From: Abditibacterium sp.
GTDB taxonomy: Bacteria > Armatimonadota > Abditibacteriia > Abditibacteriales > Abditibacteriaceae
Direction of reading: 5' to 3'
Length of the DNA stretch: 64,000 nt
Assembly: GCA_965246885.1 (NCBI GenBank)
Contig: OZ251992.1
Location: forward strand, 2,912,001 to 2,976,000
The position numbers were made by a program, and so were the translations under genes. Below, piece by piece: positions 29,923 to 38,641 of the stretch (its first letter is position 1; every line of letters starts with the position of its first letter). The notes under the pieces were generated by a model that saw only the letters and a program-made list of their open reading frames with translations, did no database searches and had not been told where the DNA came from.

Positions 29923-30055
29923 AGCTCCGTCGTCCGCGTATACAGTTCCGTCGTCCGCGTATACAGTTCCGTCGTTTATCTCCGTAACTCCGTCGTCCGC
30001 GTATATAGTTCCGTCGTTCATCTCCGTAACTCGGCCCTCCGGCTACACAACTCTT
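29923..30055. repeat. Tandem array of 21-bp units (AGTTCCGTCGTCCGCGTATAC consensus), 6+ copies
   Basis: Units start at 29923, 29944, 29965, 29986, 30007, 30028. Confidence 0.9.
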
Positions 30056-30097
30056 GAGTTCATCTACCTCATTGATCCGTTGGCGCGCATAACTTTT

Positions 30098-31987
30098 TCA
30101 TTCGCCTTGCAAGGGGACGGCGTCGCACAGGTCAATGGCCCAGTCTTGCGCGTTAAACCAACGGCCCCACCGCCCGTTTTTGGGTTTGTCGCGGATGCCG
30201 AGAGTGAAGTGAAAGCTGTCGGTGCGGCGCAACAGCTTAAGCAAAAGGTGGTTGGCGCCTTGCCGGAGGCGGACGGCATGGACTTCGTTGTAAGGCGCCC
30301 ACATGGTCGTATCGTCCTCGTGGGCGATGCGCTCGCCATTAAGGTAAATCCGGTAACCGTCCGAATTGCCCACCACGAGGTTGGCCTCGCGCTCGTCGGG
30401 GCAGTAAACCGTGCGGGCAAGATACACGCAACAGGGGCCGGACAGCCCAATGAGGCGGGAAAAGTCCACTTCATACTCATAAGAGGGCACGACGGCGGGG
30501 CGCCCCAACTTCTGACTCCACGCCGCGAATTGCGCGGCGACATCGGCGCCCGGTTCGGGCAGGTATTCTCGCTCCAGCGAGACGAAATGATGCGAGCTAC
30601 GCCGCTCTCGCTTGGGGTCACTCTCGTCGGGAACCGCATCATAAAAGACGCCCAACAGTTGCCACAACCCCGCACCTGCCACGCCAAACTCCAGCGTCCG
30701 CGTGCCCTCGGCGCAAATGGAAAAGCGGTGTTGCATCGGCCACTGGGCCACGCCGCGCGGCGCATGGAGTGTGACTTCGACGGGCGCACTTAGCTCCGCG
30801 CCCGAAAAACTCGCGGGAGAGGCCACCCAGCCTACGGGGGCGTCCACCCTCACGGTGCCCGCGAGCGCCGCGCCCGTATTACTCACTTGGACGCGCACCG
30901 TCTCGCCCGGCGCGACGCAGGGCAAACTCAGGTAACTGAGTTCCAAACGCGACGCTGCCACGTTCCGAGGAGGAAAAGGCGCCATGTCGGGCGCGTCAGT
31001 GATGTGGATGCCGGTGTTGCACTCGCGCGACAGCAGCACGCCCACCCGCGCCGTATCGCGCGCCAAAGCCGAGATGGTCATTTCGGGTCGGGTGTACTCG
31101 ATGCCCATCACCAGTTCGTCGCCGACCGGTTCAAGAAGCGACGAAGGAAGGGCGCGGGCACCCAAAATCTGTCCGATGAGGGCGCCCGCCGTCGCCATCG
31201 TGCAGTCGGTATCGTAGCCGCACCGCAACGAGTCAAGCAGGGTTTGCAACAAGTCTCCGCCGCCATACAGGAGGCCCAAAAAGGTGAAAGGAACGTTAGT
31301 GCGGGCATCGCACGCTTCGGGGTTGCCCGCGCGGGCCATGATGCGGTCGCGCGCATCGCGCAACGAGACCCCCGCGTCGAAGCACTCAAAGGCCGTCGCC
31401 ACCCCGCGCGCCGTCGGGCCGCTTGCAGGCAGGTAATGGGTGAACATCGCGGCCAAGCGGCGCACGTCGGGCACAAAGAACGCCATCGAAGCCATCGCCG
31501 CGAACATCTTTTCGGCGCCGATGGACTCTTCGGTATGATCCAAACTGCCGTCCAGACCCGCGTAATGCGCCGCCAAATCCGGCGCACCGGGAAAAGTGTA
31601 GCCCCATATTTCGGCGCGGATGGGGCAACCCATGCCGGTATCCCAAAACTGGTTGCCAAAGCGCCCCGACATCGGCGGCGCGATGCCTAAACGCCAGTTG
31701 CGGCGGAAGATGCCGTACTCGTTAAAGGGATACCAGCAGCCTTCGAGCCACGCCCCCGCGAGATCGCGCGCCGAAAGGTGGCTTCCACGTTGCTCTAACA
31801 CATGGAGCCACAACACTTGCAAGTCAAGGTCGTCGTTGGGCGGCATTTGCGCGGGGAACAGGGCGTCGGGCGCCACTTCGATCCAGCCTTTGTTGCCCTC
31901 GAACCGCGCGCCGATGGCCCCGCCCATTGACTTGCCCAACCAACCGCCCAACACGGCATCCAAATAACGGTTGTAGGAGAGGTTCAT
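30098..31987 (-). CDS. ADP-ribosylglycohydrolase family protein with C-terminal beta-domains
   Basis: GGWLGKSMGG..GA.FEG, NDDLD, MGCPIRAEIWG, GYDTDCT.ATAG. Confidence 0.85.
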   Translation of the reverse strand: MNLSYNRYLDAVLGGWLGKSMGGAIGARFEGNKGWIEVAPDALFPAQMPPNDDLDLQVLWLHVLEQRGSHLSARDLAGAWLEGCWYPFNEYGIFRRNWRLGIAPPMSGRFGNQFWDTGMGCPIRAEIWGYTFPGAPDLAAHYAGLDGSLDHTEESIGAEKMFAAMASMAFFVPDVRRLAAMFTHYLPASGPTARGVATAFECFDAGVSLRDARDRIMARAGNPEACDARTNVPFTFLGLLYGGGDLLQTLLDSLRCGYDTDCTMATAGALIGQILGARALPSSLLEPVGDELVMGIEYTRPEMTISALARDTARVGVLLSRECNTGIHITDAPDMAPFPPRNVAASRLELSYLSLPCVAPGETVRVQVSNTGAALAGTVRVDAPVGWVASPASFSGAELSAPVEVTLHAPRGVAQWPMQHRFSICAEGTRTLEFGVAGAGLWQLLGVFYDAVPDESDPKRERRSSHHFVSLEREYLPEPGADVAAQFAAWSQKLGRPAVVPSYEYEVDFSRLIGLSGPCCVYLARTVYCPDEREANLVVGNSDGYRIYLNGERIAHEDDTTMWAPYNEVHAVRLRQGANHLLLKLLRRTDSFHFTLGIRDKPKNGRWGRWFNAQDWAIDLCDAVPLQGE

Positions 31988-32053
31988 AATTCAAAGGATG
32001 ACAACAAGAAGCGAGCCGTAACCCGCTTCCCGTTATCTGCTTCTTGCGATTGC

Positions 32054-34603
32054 TTACGCAGTTGCTCCTTTGTGGGCGGTGGGCGCTCGCGCGCTTTTGA
32101 CCGACGCGGTTGGCGCCGGGGTCGGTTTTGCGGTTGGCGCCGGAGTCGCAGCGACTTTGGCAGCCACGCCCGCTTGGAGGGACAGTTGCAGCGCGTCGAG
32201 GAACGATGCGTTGTCGCCGTTTGTGTTAGTGCCGAGGATGGCGAGCGTGTGGCTTCCCGTCGTAACAGTAAACGGCGCGAAACTATACGGCAGGAAGGTG
32301 GTGCTCGTCGGGGTGACGGTGCCGCCGATGTTACTCCCGTCCAGTTGCAATTGCAACGGGTTGATGCCACCCCAGTTCCCGCGTTGCGCGCCTTGAAAGG
32401 AAAGGACGTAGGTGCCTGAGCTGAGGGAGAGGGTTTGGGAGATGGCGCCGACGATGCCACTTTCACATTGCACGAAAGCGGTTTGAGTTCCGTCGGGCGC
32501 ATTGGGGGCGCCCCACCCACTGCCGTTGTTTTGGATACCACTGCGCGAGTTGAACGTCCAACTCGCACCGTACGGAGTGTATCTGTAGTTGCCTGCGCCC
32601 AGCGCGGGTTGCTCGAAGCTCCCGTTTTGCAAGATCGCGGCAGAGTTGAGCGCCACGCTGTCTATCAAGGCGGTGTTATCGCCCGCGTTCTGGCCGACGA
32701 ACTTGATGGTGTGCGCGCCTGCTGTTGCCGAGAAAGAGGCGCTGGTTTGTTTGCTAAAGGCTGTAGAAGTCGGGGTGTAACTGCCGATGAGCATCGAGTC
32801 GAAGTACAGCTTCACGCTTTGTTGGCCGCCCCAGTTTCCGCGTTGCGCGATTTGGAAGGAGAGGGCGTAGGTGCCCGCCGAGAAGTTGAAGGTTTGGCTG
32901 AGCGTGCTGATGTTTTGAATCATCGCGGTTTGGACACCGTCGGGCGCGTTGGGAGCACCCCACGCGCTGCCGTTGTGCTGCACGCCGTTGTTAGCGTCGA
33001 ATGTCCAGCCGATTCCCGGAATGGGCGCGGGGTTGTAGATGTAAGCTGTCGTGGCGGGGACTTCAAAGCTGCCGTTCACAAGACCGCTCGCGGGTGAGGG
33101 CGTAGGCGTTGGCACAGGTGTAGCCGTTGGCACAGGTGTAGCCGTTGGCATAGGTGTAGTGGAAGGCACGAACTCTACGGCGTCTACGCCGACCCAACCA
33201 TTGGTACCCGCGTTCGATAAAATTGCGTTACCACTGTAGCCCGCTCCGAACGGGTATATGCCCATCGAAACCCAGTTGCCATTGTTGTCGCGTTCGTTGA
33301 ACGTTTTGGTGGTCGTTCCACTCGCGGAGTTGATGGTAATGGGCACGTTGGTCGCGCAATAGGAGTTTCCCGGCGAGCGCATTAGCACTTCGTAGTTACC
33401 CGCGACGGGAAAATTCGGGTTGAAGGTCGCGCTTTTAGTGCCCTTCTCGGAAAGCACGTTGCCATCGTTGCGGTAGTTCGAGTTGAACGCCACCGGATCA
33501 TATTGCAACGGCCCCCAATTGCCGCTTAGCACCACCGAAGGCGTCGCCGAATTGTCGCGGTAAGGCGCGTCATCATCGAGAACCAAACCTGCGTAGCCGG
33601 GAACTGGGTCGGTGGCGTTTGGGTTTCGGGTGTAAGCGCGCACATAATCCACATCGAGATAAGCTGGGAATACGGTGTTGGCGTCGGGCGCGCCATCCGA
33701 AGCGGATGTCCACGCGCTGCCAACGGCCAGGTTGACAATCAGTTGCATTGGCTCCTTCACGCCCGGATCGGTCGCGCCGCGCCCGATTTGAACGCCGTCT
33801 ATGTAGAAGCGCAAATCGGCGTCGTTCCACTCCAAGCCAAAGGTGTGATAACCCGCAGTGTAGTTCACGCCGGTGTTTTTTAGCGAGCGATCCCAGAACG
33901 TAGAGCCTTGGCCGATGATGCCAGCTTGATGCGTCCATTCGGGATATGATCCTTTGAACTCCAAAACGTCGATTTCGGGGGGCCAATGTTTGGCGTTGGG
34001 TAACATCCAGAACGCGGGCCACAACCCTCTGCCCGCTGGCATCTTGGCACGAACCTCAAAGTAGCCGTTTTGTTGGGCGAACTTTTGATAGGTCGTGATG
34101 ATGCCCGATGCGTAGTGGTAGTAGTTGTCGTTGGGCACGTCGGAAGCGTTGGGATCGGTCGCGGCGCTCGGATAACCGTTGCCATCCCAATACAAATCTT
34201 TCTTGTCGGCCCGAACTCGCAATGCAGAACCGGAAAACTCGAATTGGTTGTCGAGATAGACCTGCCCCTCGTAGTTGCCTTCGAGCGTGCGCGAGCCTTT
34301 GCCATCCCACATCAACTGCGTGTTCCATTTGCTTCTGTCGAGGGACGAGCCGTTGAACTCGTCCTGAAAGGTCAAAGTCCAGCCCGGTGCGGCCTGTGCC
34401 AAAACGGGTTTAGCACCGGTTGACAAAGCGAGTAAAGCAATGCCCAGTGCGAAAATTCCCGCGAAACGGGGGGCGCGAGAGCGTTCAAGAATTGGCCTTA
34501 TGGTCAGAGCGGCAGGCGACTTGCCCGGTTGGGTGGTTACTTCGTCTGGTAGAACGGCGGGCGCGAACAGGGCGGCGAGGCGCCGCAAGTGATGGTTTTT
34601 CAT
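32054..34603 (-). CDS. Secreted glycoside hydrolase family 16 with carbohydrate-binding modules
   Basis: WTLTFQDEFNG, GLWPAFWM, WPPEIDVLE, YHTFGLEW, VDYVRAY; PT-rich linker; two paralogous NGSFE...APDG.QTA domains. Confidence 0.92.
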   Translation of the reverse strand: MKNHHLRRLAALFAPAVLPDEVTTQPGKSPAALTIRPILERSRAPRFAGIFALGIALLALSTGAKPVLAQAAPGWTLTFQDEFNGSSLDRSKWNTQLMWDGKGSRTLEGNYEGQVYLDNQFEFSGSALRVRADKKDLYWDGNGYPSAATDPNASDVPNDNYYHYASGIITTYQKFAQQNGYFEVRAKMPAGRGLWPAFWMLPNAKHWPPEIDVLEFKGSYPEWTHQAGIIGQGSTFWDRSLKNTGVNYTAGYHTFGLEWNDADLRFYIDGVQIGRGATDPGVKEPMQLIVNLAVGSAWTSASDGAPDANTVFPAYLDVDYVRAYTRNPNATDPVPGYAGLVLDDDAPYRDNSATPSVVLSGNWGPLQYDPVAFNSNYRNDGNVLSEKGTKSATFNPNFPVAGNYEVLMRSPGNSYCATNVPITINSASGTTTKTFNERDNNGNWVSMGIYPFGAGYSGNAILSNAGTNGWVGVDAVEFVPSTTPMPTATPVPTATPVPTPTPSPASGLVNGSFEVPATTAYIYNPAPIPGIGWTFDANNGVQHNGSAWGAPNAPDGVQTAMIQNISTLSQTFNFSAGTYALSFQIAQRGNWGGQQSVKLYFDSMLIGSYTPTSTAFSKQTSASFSATAGAHTIKFVGQNAGDNTALIDSVALNSAAILQNGSFEQPALGAGNYRYTPYGASWTFNSRSGIQNNGSGWGAPNAPDGTQTAFVQCESGIVGAISQTLSLSSGTYVLSFQGAQRGNWGGINPLQLQLDGSNIGGTVTPTSTTFLPYSFAPFTVTTGSHTLAILGTNTNGDNASFLDALQLSLQAGVAAKVAATPAPTAKPTPAPTASVKSARAPTAHKGATA

Positions 34604-34655
34604 GGTATGTCTTGGAACTCATGCGAAAGTAATGAGAATCAGACTAAAGCCGGTG

Positions 34656-34666
34656 GTGACTGTCAC
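34656..34666. promoter_or_regulatory. Operator palindrome GTGACTGTCAC upstream of the GH16 gene
   Basis: Same 11-bp core as the other three sites. Confidence 0.75.
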
Positions 34667-34676
34667 ATCGGCGAGT

Positions 34677-34708
34677 AAAAAAGCGCGCGCCGCATGTGTG
34701 GCGCGCGT
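34677..34708 (-). terminator. Intrinsic terminator after the LacI gene
   Basis: GCGCGCC/GGCGCGC stem with a T6 tail on the minus strand. Confidence 0.7.
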
Positions 34709-35769
34709 TAATTTCGGTTGGGTGGTGCGACCGAGGCGCGCTCGACCAAACGGACGGGCACGACTTTGCAAGCATCTTCGGCAGGAGCGCCCGCGCGCAG
34801 ATCCAGCCACGATTGTACTGCCATACGCCCGACTTCGTCATAACCAAAGCCGATGCTGCTCAGGCCGCGTAGGGCCGCATTTTGTTGGTTGTCCACGCTT
34901 ACAAGGCTCAGGTCATCGGGCACGCTCACGCCTAAGGCGTCGAGGTGATCCCACAGTTGCAACGCCAAGTGGTCGTTGGCGCACATGATGCCCGTCGCGC
35001 CGCACGCGAGCAGTTGCTCGACTTCGGCGCGCGCCAAGTGCCAGTCCGGGTCGGCGGGACACAGCACGAACGGCTTTTCCAAGCCGTGCGCACCCATCTG
35101 CGAACGAAAGTGGCCGGTGCGCGCCTCGTCGTCGTAGTTGACGCGCGGGCCGGATACGTTAGCCAACAAACCGGTATGCGCCGCGAAGGTCTTGGGGCAA
35201 CTCAGGTACGCGATGCGCTCGTGCCCCGCGCGTCGCAGACATGCAAGCCCCAACTCCATAATCGCCTCGTTATCGGGGTCTACCCACGCCACGCCTTCGG
35301 GCACGTCGCGCCGATAGCACACCACCGCCGGGATGTTGTGCTTGACGAGAGTTTCAAGAGCGACTTGCCACTCGTGCACACCGGGCGAAATAAAAATGAA
35401 GCCGTCGCTTCGCCGGTCGAGAAAGCGCACTTCCTCGCGGTGCGCCATCCACTCCGCTTCGGCGCGCAGCATGATAAACAGGTCGTGCCCGTTCTGGCTG
35501 GCGCAGTCACACAGCCCCTCGAAAGTCAGGCTGTCCAACAAGTTGCGCGACGGGTTGCGGTGGTAGGGCACCATGCCGATGGTGTTGGTTTGGATCTGCC
35601 GGTTCTGCATCACCGGACGCACCGGAATATAGTTCATCTCGTTCATGACGCCCAAGACTCGATCCCAAGTGTCGTCGTTGACTTGGTGTTTGCGCCCTTG
35701 TAGGACGCGCGACACCGTCATGCGCGATACTTGGGCGCGCTCGGCGACTTGGCGGATAGTAGCTCTCAT
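34708..35769 (-). CDS. LacI family transcriptional regulator
   Basis: TIRQVAERAQVSRMTVSRVL HTH; GHERIAYL, CANDHLA, VPDDLSLV..D, LVERASV. Confidence 0.95.
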   Translation of the reverse strand: MRATIRQVAERAQVSRMTVSRVLQGRKHQVNDDTWDRVLGVMNEMNYIPVRPVMQNRQIQTNTIGMVPYHRNPSRNLLDSLTFEGLCDCASQNGHDLFIMLRAEAEWMAHREEVRFLDRRSDGFIFISPGVHEWQVALETLVKHNIPAVVCYRRDVPEGVAWVDPDNEAIMELGLACLRRAGHERIAYLSCPKTFAAHTGLLANVSGPRVNYDDEARTGHFRSQMGAHGLEKPFVLCPADPDWHLARAEVEQLLACGATGIMCANDHLALQLWDHLDALGVSVPDDLSLVSVDNQQNAALRGLSSIGFGYDEVGRMAVQSWLDLRAGAPAEDACKVVPVRLVERASVAPPNRN

Positions 35770-35988
35770 AGGATATGCACAGGGAAGTTTGCTTGAAACC
35801 AAGGTGGGACGCTCTTACAAACCGGAAATGTTTCACATGAAAGCGGCTTTGTCGCGGAATGGGGCCAACAGTACATTCTAAACAGCCAACTGACGACGGC
35901 CTCTCCTCCAGCAAAGACCGTTGCCTCCTGCGCAGAAGTTGAACCCCATGCGAGGACAACGTGGCAGGACGCCGTTTGGGCGGTTTTT

Positions 35989-36012
35989 GTGACTGTCACT
36001 ACCATTATACCC
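35989..36012 (-). promoter_or_regulatory. -10 box TATAAT followed by GTGACAGTCAC operator, upstream of lacI
   Basis: Minus strand GGGTATAATGGTAGTGACAGTCAC. Confidence 0.75.
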
Positions 36013-36189
36013 ATCGCGCCGCCTTCTCTAACACCCGGAGCCAATTTATTTTTCTTGCGCGACCGGGGACACGCGTTCGGGGGCTTGGAAAGTGCTTGAC
36101 TTACACCGAAGGCTGGAAGCGTCCGATAACAATAAACAGAAAAGTCGCACCCATTGGCCCTCGCGGGTGCAATGAATTCGACATTTCTC

Positions 36190-36620
36190 GCTGGAGCGAC
36201 CTTTCACGGCGCCGATGGCGGCAGTGCTGCTGTCCACCCCGGTCTTGTAGCCGCGCGGCGTTGTGGGCGTCACGCCCAACACAGCATATGCGTGGCCCGG
36301 CGCTTGGATGCCGTCGGTGATTTTGGCGGCGGCGGCGGACAACGCGCCAAACGAGTAAAAGCCCTCTTGTAAACGGAATCCGGGTTGCGCGGCAAATACA
36401 CGGCATCGGGCGGCGCAATCTGCGCCACGTTCCCGATGGCGGCTTGCATGGGCGCCCCGCTCGTGTTTGCGATGGTCTGGCGCACGAGGAACTCCCCGTT
36501 ACCAAAGCCGAACTCGCGCGTGACTTGCACGCCAAAGCCGCGCCATGCCCGTCCCGTCACGCGCAGCAGGAACCCGCCGCGCCCATCGAGACGCTCGACT
36601 TTCGCGGCGGGAGGCGGGAG
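36190..36620 (-). pseudogene. Frameshifted fragment of a DUF4380 / epimerase-like gene
   Basis: GVQVTREF...VRQTIANTSGAP....NVAQI, continuing in another frame as YKTGVDS; no intact start; family call tentative. Confidence 0.4.
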
Positions 36621-36623
36621 GCG

Positions 36624-37124
36624 TCAGCCGCCGTGAAACGGCTCGTAGTGGAAAGCGGCTTCTTCGTAGATGTCCGACAGATTCCACACGAGCGAGCCTT
36701 GCACCAAAGGTTCCAGTTCGGTCATCCTTTTGGCGACGAAAGGCGCGTTGTTGACCTCGTCGTGATTCCACGCGAACAGTTCCACCGAGGAGTTCCACTC
36801 GCCGATAAAAACCGGAAACTGCGGCCCCAACGCCGCGTCCACTTCAGCGCGCACGCGCTCGAAGAGTTGGCGCATGATGTTCGAGTTTTGCGGCGTCACG
36901 TCCCCCCGCTGCGCCTTCGAGATACGCCAAGTCCAAGGGGTAAGCGTGGGTGGAAATAAGTCGCAGCGCGAAACACCGACGAGCGGGAAGTTCTCACTGG
37001 GCGTTTGGATATGGCGCAAAAAGGGAGCGATCCACGCGGTTTTGCTGGTCGCGGGGCCACCGACGCGAAAGGCGCCGTCCACTTCTTTGAGCGCGCGCTG
37101 CGAGGTCGTATAGACGACCTGCAC
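36624..37124 (-). pseudogene. Internal fragment of a GH39 (beta-xylosidase-like) gene
   Basis: RVGGPAT, out-of-frame ISTHAYP, FIGEWNSS, HDE, W.LSDIYEE, FHGG then stop; both ends missing. Confidence 0.8.
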
Positions 37125-37149
37125 GACTGGGTAGCCTATCGCGTGCGCC

Positions 37150-37560
37150 GACGCTCTCCAACTTCAGCAGGACGCGTTGGAGCGGTGCCGGAAAGCGAGG
37201 AGGGAAAATCAGGCGAAGGTTGACCGTCTGCTCGAAAGCGTGGCTTCGGGAGAAGTGACGGGGCCGTTGCTGGCGATGTTGAGCGGCAAAGCGAGCGAAC
37301 TTCAGCGCGAGGGCGAGCGCCTCAAAATTGAGGAGCGGGGGTTGGAACGCGCCCTTTTGCCTGTCAGCACCCGCTTGGATGTGGAGATGCTACGCAAAAC
37401 GCTTGGCGACTTTGACGCTCTGTGGGAGGCAGCGACGCCGGAGGAGGTGCAGAGGCTGGTGCGGGTTCTGGTGCACCGCATCGAGTGGCAACCGGACGCA
37501 GACAAGCAAACGATTGAGTTCTACACGTCCGCACAAAAGCAGAACCAGCCGTCCTCACGG
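37150..37560 (+). pseudogene. C-terminal remnant of a large serine recombinase/integrase
   Basis: Coiled coil plus LWEAATPEEVQRLVRVLVHRIE...IEFY; catalytic domain absent; points at the tRNA 3' end. Confidence 0.6.
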
Positions 37561-37595
37561 GAGAACGGCTGGTTAGAAAGTGACAGACTGGGAAG

Positions 37596-37667
37596 CTGCC
37601 CCTGCCGGATTCGAACCAGCGACCCACCGATTAACAGTCGGTTGCTCTACCGCTGAGCTAAGGGGCA
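37596..37667 (-). tRNA. tRNA-Asn (GTT), CCA not encoded
   Basis: Acceptor stem TGCCCCT/AGGGGCA, D arm GCTCAGCGGTAGAGC, anticodon loop CTGTTAA, T loop GGTTCGAATCC. Confidence 0.97.
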
Positions 37668-37738
37668 AATGCGCCGCTCCAGCGAGAGCGGCCAAGAGAT
37701 ATTACCGCATTGACACCCGTCTCGTCAACTCGCAAAAT

Positions 37739-38491
37739 ATGCCGGTGTCCGAATTACCCGCCGTATCCGCCATCATCCCGACTTTGAACGAGGCGGCGCG
37801 CATCGAGCGGCTTGTGCTTGCGCTTCAAGCGCAAGTGTACCCTCCGTGCGAGATTTTGGTCTGCGACGGCGACTCCTCTGACGGAACGGGCCGCATTGCC
37901 GCCGCGACTGGGGCGACGGTGCTGGCCTGCCCGCGCGGAGTTTCCAAGCAACGCAATATCGGCGCGCGGGCGGCGGCGGGCGAACTGCTGGTGTTTCTGG
38001 ATGCCGACGACCTGCCCTCGCCGCACTTCTTGAAAAGCGTCGCCCACTCCTACCGGCGCTGGCCCTTTGCTGTTGCCTGCCCTTGGTTGGTCGTACGCGA
38101 TGAGGGGCGCGTCGTCGCGGGAATCTATTTTGGCTTTAACCTCGCGTTTTGGTTGGGGCAGTCATGGCTACGCACCGGGTCGGGCGTGTGTTTGATTGCG
38201 CCGCGCGCGAAGTTCCTCGCGGCGGGCGGGTTCGATGAAACCATGCACTTGGGCGAGGACGTGCGCCTCATTCGCGCGCTGTGCCCGCGCTTTGGGTGGC
38301 ATCGCCATTTGCTCATTCCCCTCGAAACATCGGGGCGGCGCTTCGCGCGCGATGGCGTTTGGCGCCTCCTGCTGTTCTACGCCCTCATTTCGCCCCTCAC
38401 GCTCCTCGGTCTGTGGGGGCCGTTGCAACGCCTCACATATAAGCCCCTCTCGGACGGCTCAAACGACGGCGGCGACTCCCCGGCGGACTGA
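37739..38491 (+). CDS. Glycosyltransferase family 2
   Basis: SAIIPTLNE, DGDSSDGT, RNIGA, FLDAD, GGFDE....ED. Confidence 0.9.
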   Translation: MPVSELPAVSAIIPTLNEAARIERLVLALQAQVYPPCEILVCDGDSSDGTGRIAAATGATVLACPRGVSKQRNIGARAAAGELLVFLDADDLPSPHFLKSVAHSYRRWPFAVACPWLVVRDEGRVVAGIYFGFNLAFWLGQSWLRTGSGVCLIAPRAKFLAAGGFDETMHLGEDVRLIRALCPRFGWHRHLLIPLETSGRRFARDGVWRLLLFYALISPLTLLGLWGPLQRLTYKPLSDGSNDGGDSPAD

Positions 38492-38525
38492 CGGCGACCA
38501 ATCACCGCCTGCACTCTTGCGCCGA

Positions 38526-38630
38526 CAGACGTCTGCCACTGAATCACAAACGTGCGCCACTGGCCGACAGACATCTGGGAATCATTCCCAGACGTCTGTC
38601 ACTGAACCACAGACGTCTGTCCTCCGAAGA
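38526..38630. repeat. Tandem array of five 21-bp units with palindromic core CAGACGTCTG
   Basis: Units start at 38526, 38547, 38568, 38589, 38610. Confidence 0.85.
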
Positions 38631-38641
38631 ACGCCGTTGGG

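Noticed and set aside
28470..29924. 484-aa plus-strand ORF, and similar long ORFs such as 14615-15748, 57568-58971 and 61320-62702
   Set aside because: Antisense shadows of well-supported genes in high-GC DNA, with no recognisable motifs
29923..30055. Possible CRISPR array (also considered for the 8.6, 38.5 and 48.5 kb arrays)
   Set aside because: Units abut directly with 21-bp period and no unique spacers; no cas genes in the window
33095..33160. 18-bp tandem repeats
   Set aside because: They encode the PTATPV linker of the GH16 protein
35829..35844. parS-like TGTTTCACATGAAAGC
   Set aside because: Three mismatches to TGTTTCACGTGAAACA, single copy, no origin-region genes; could be a secondary operator but unsupported
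37580..37738. N-terminal extension of the GT2 ORF
   Set aside because: Antisense reading through tRNA-Asn; the plausible start is 37739
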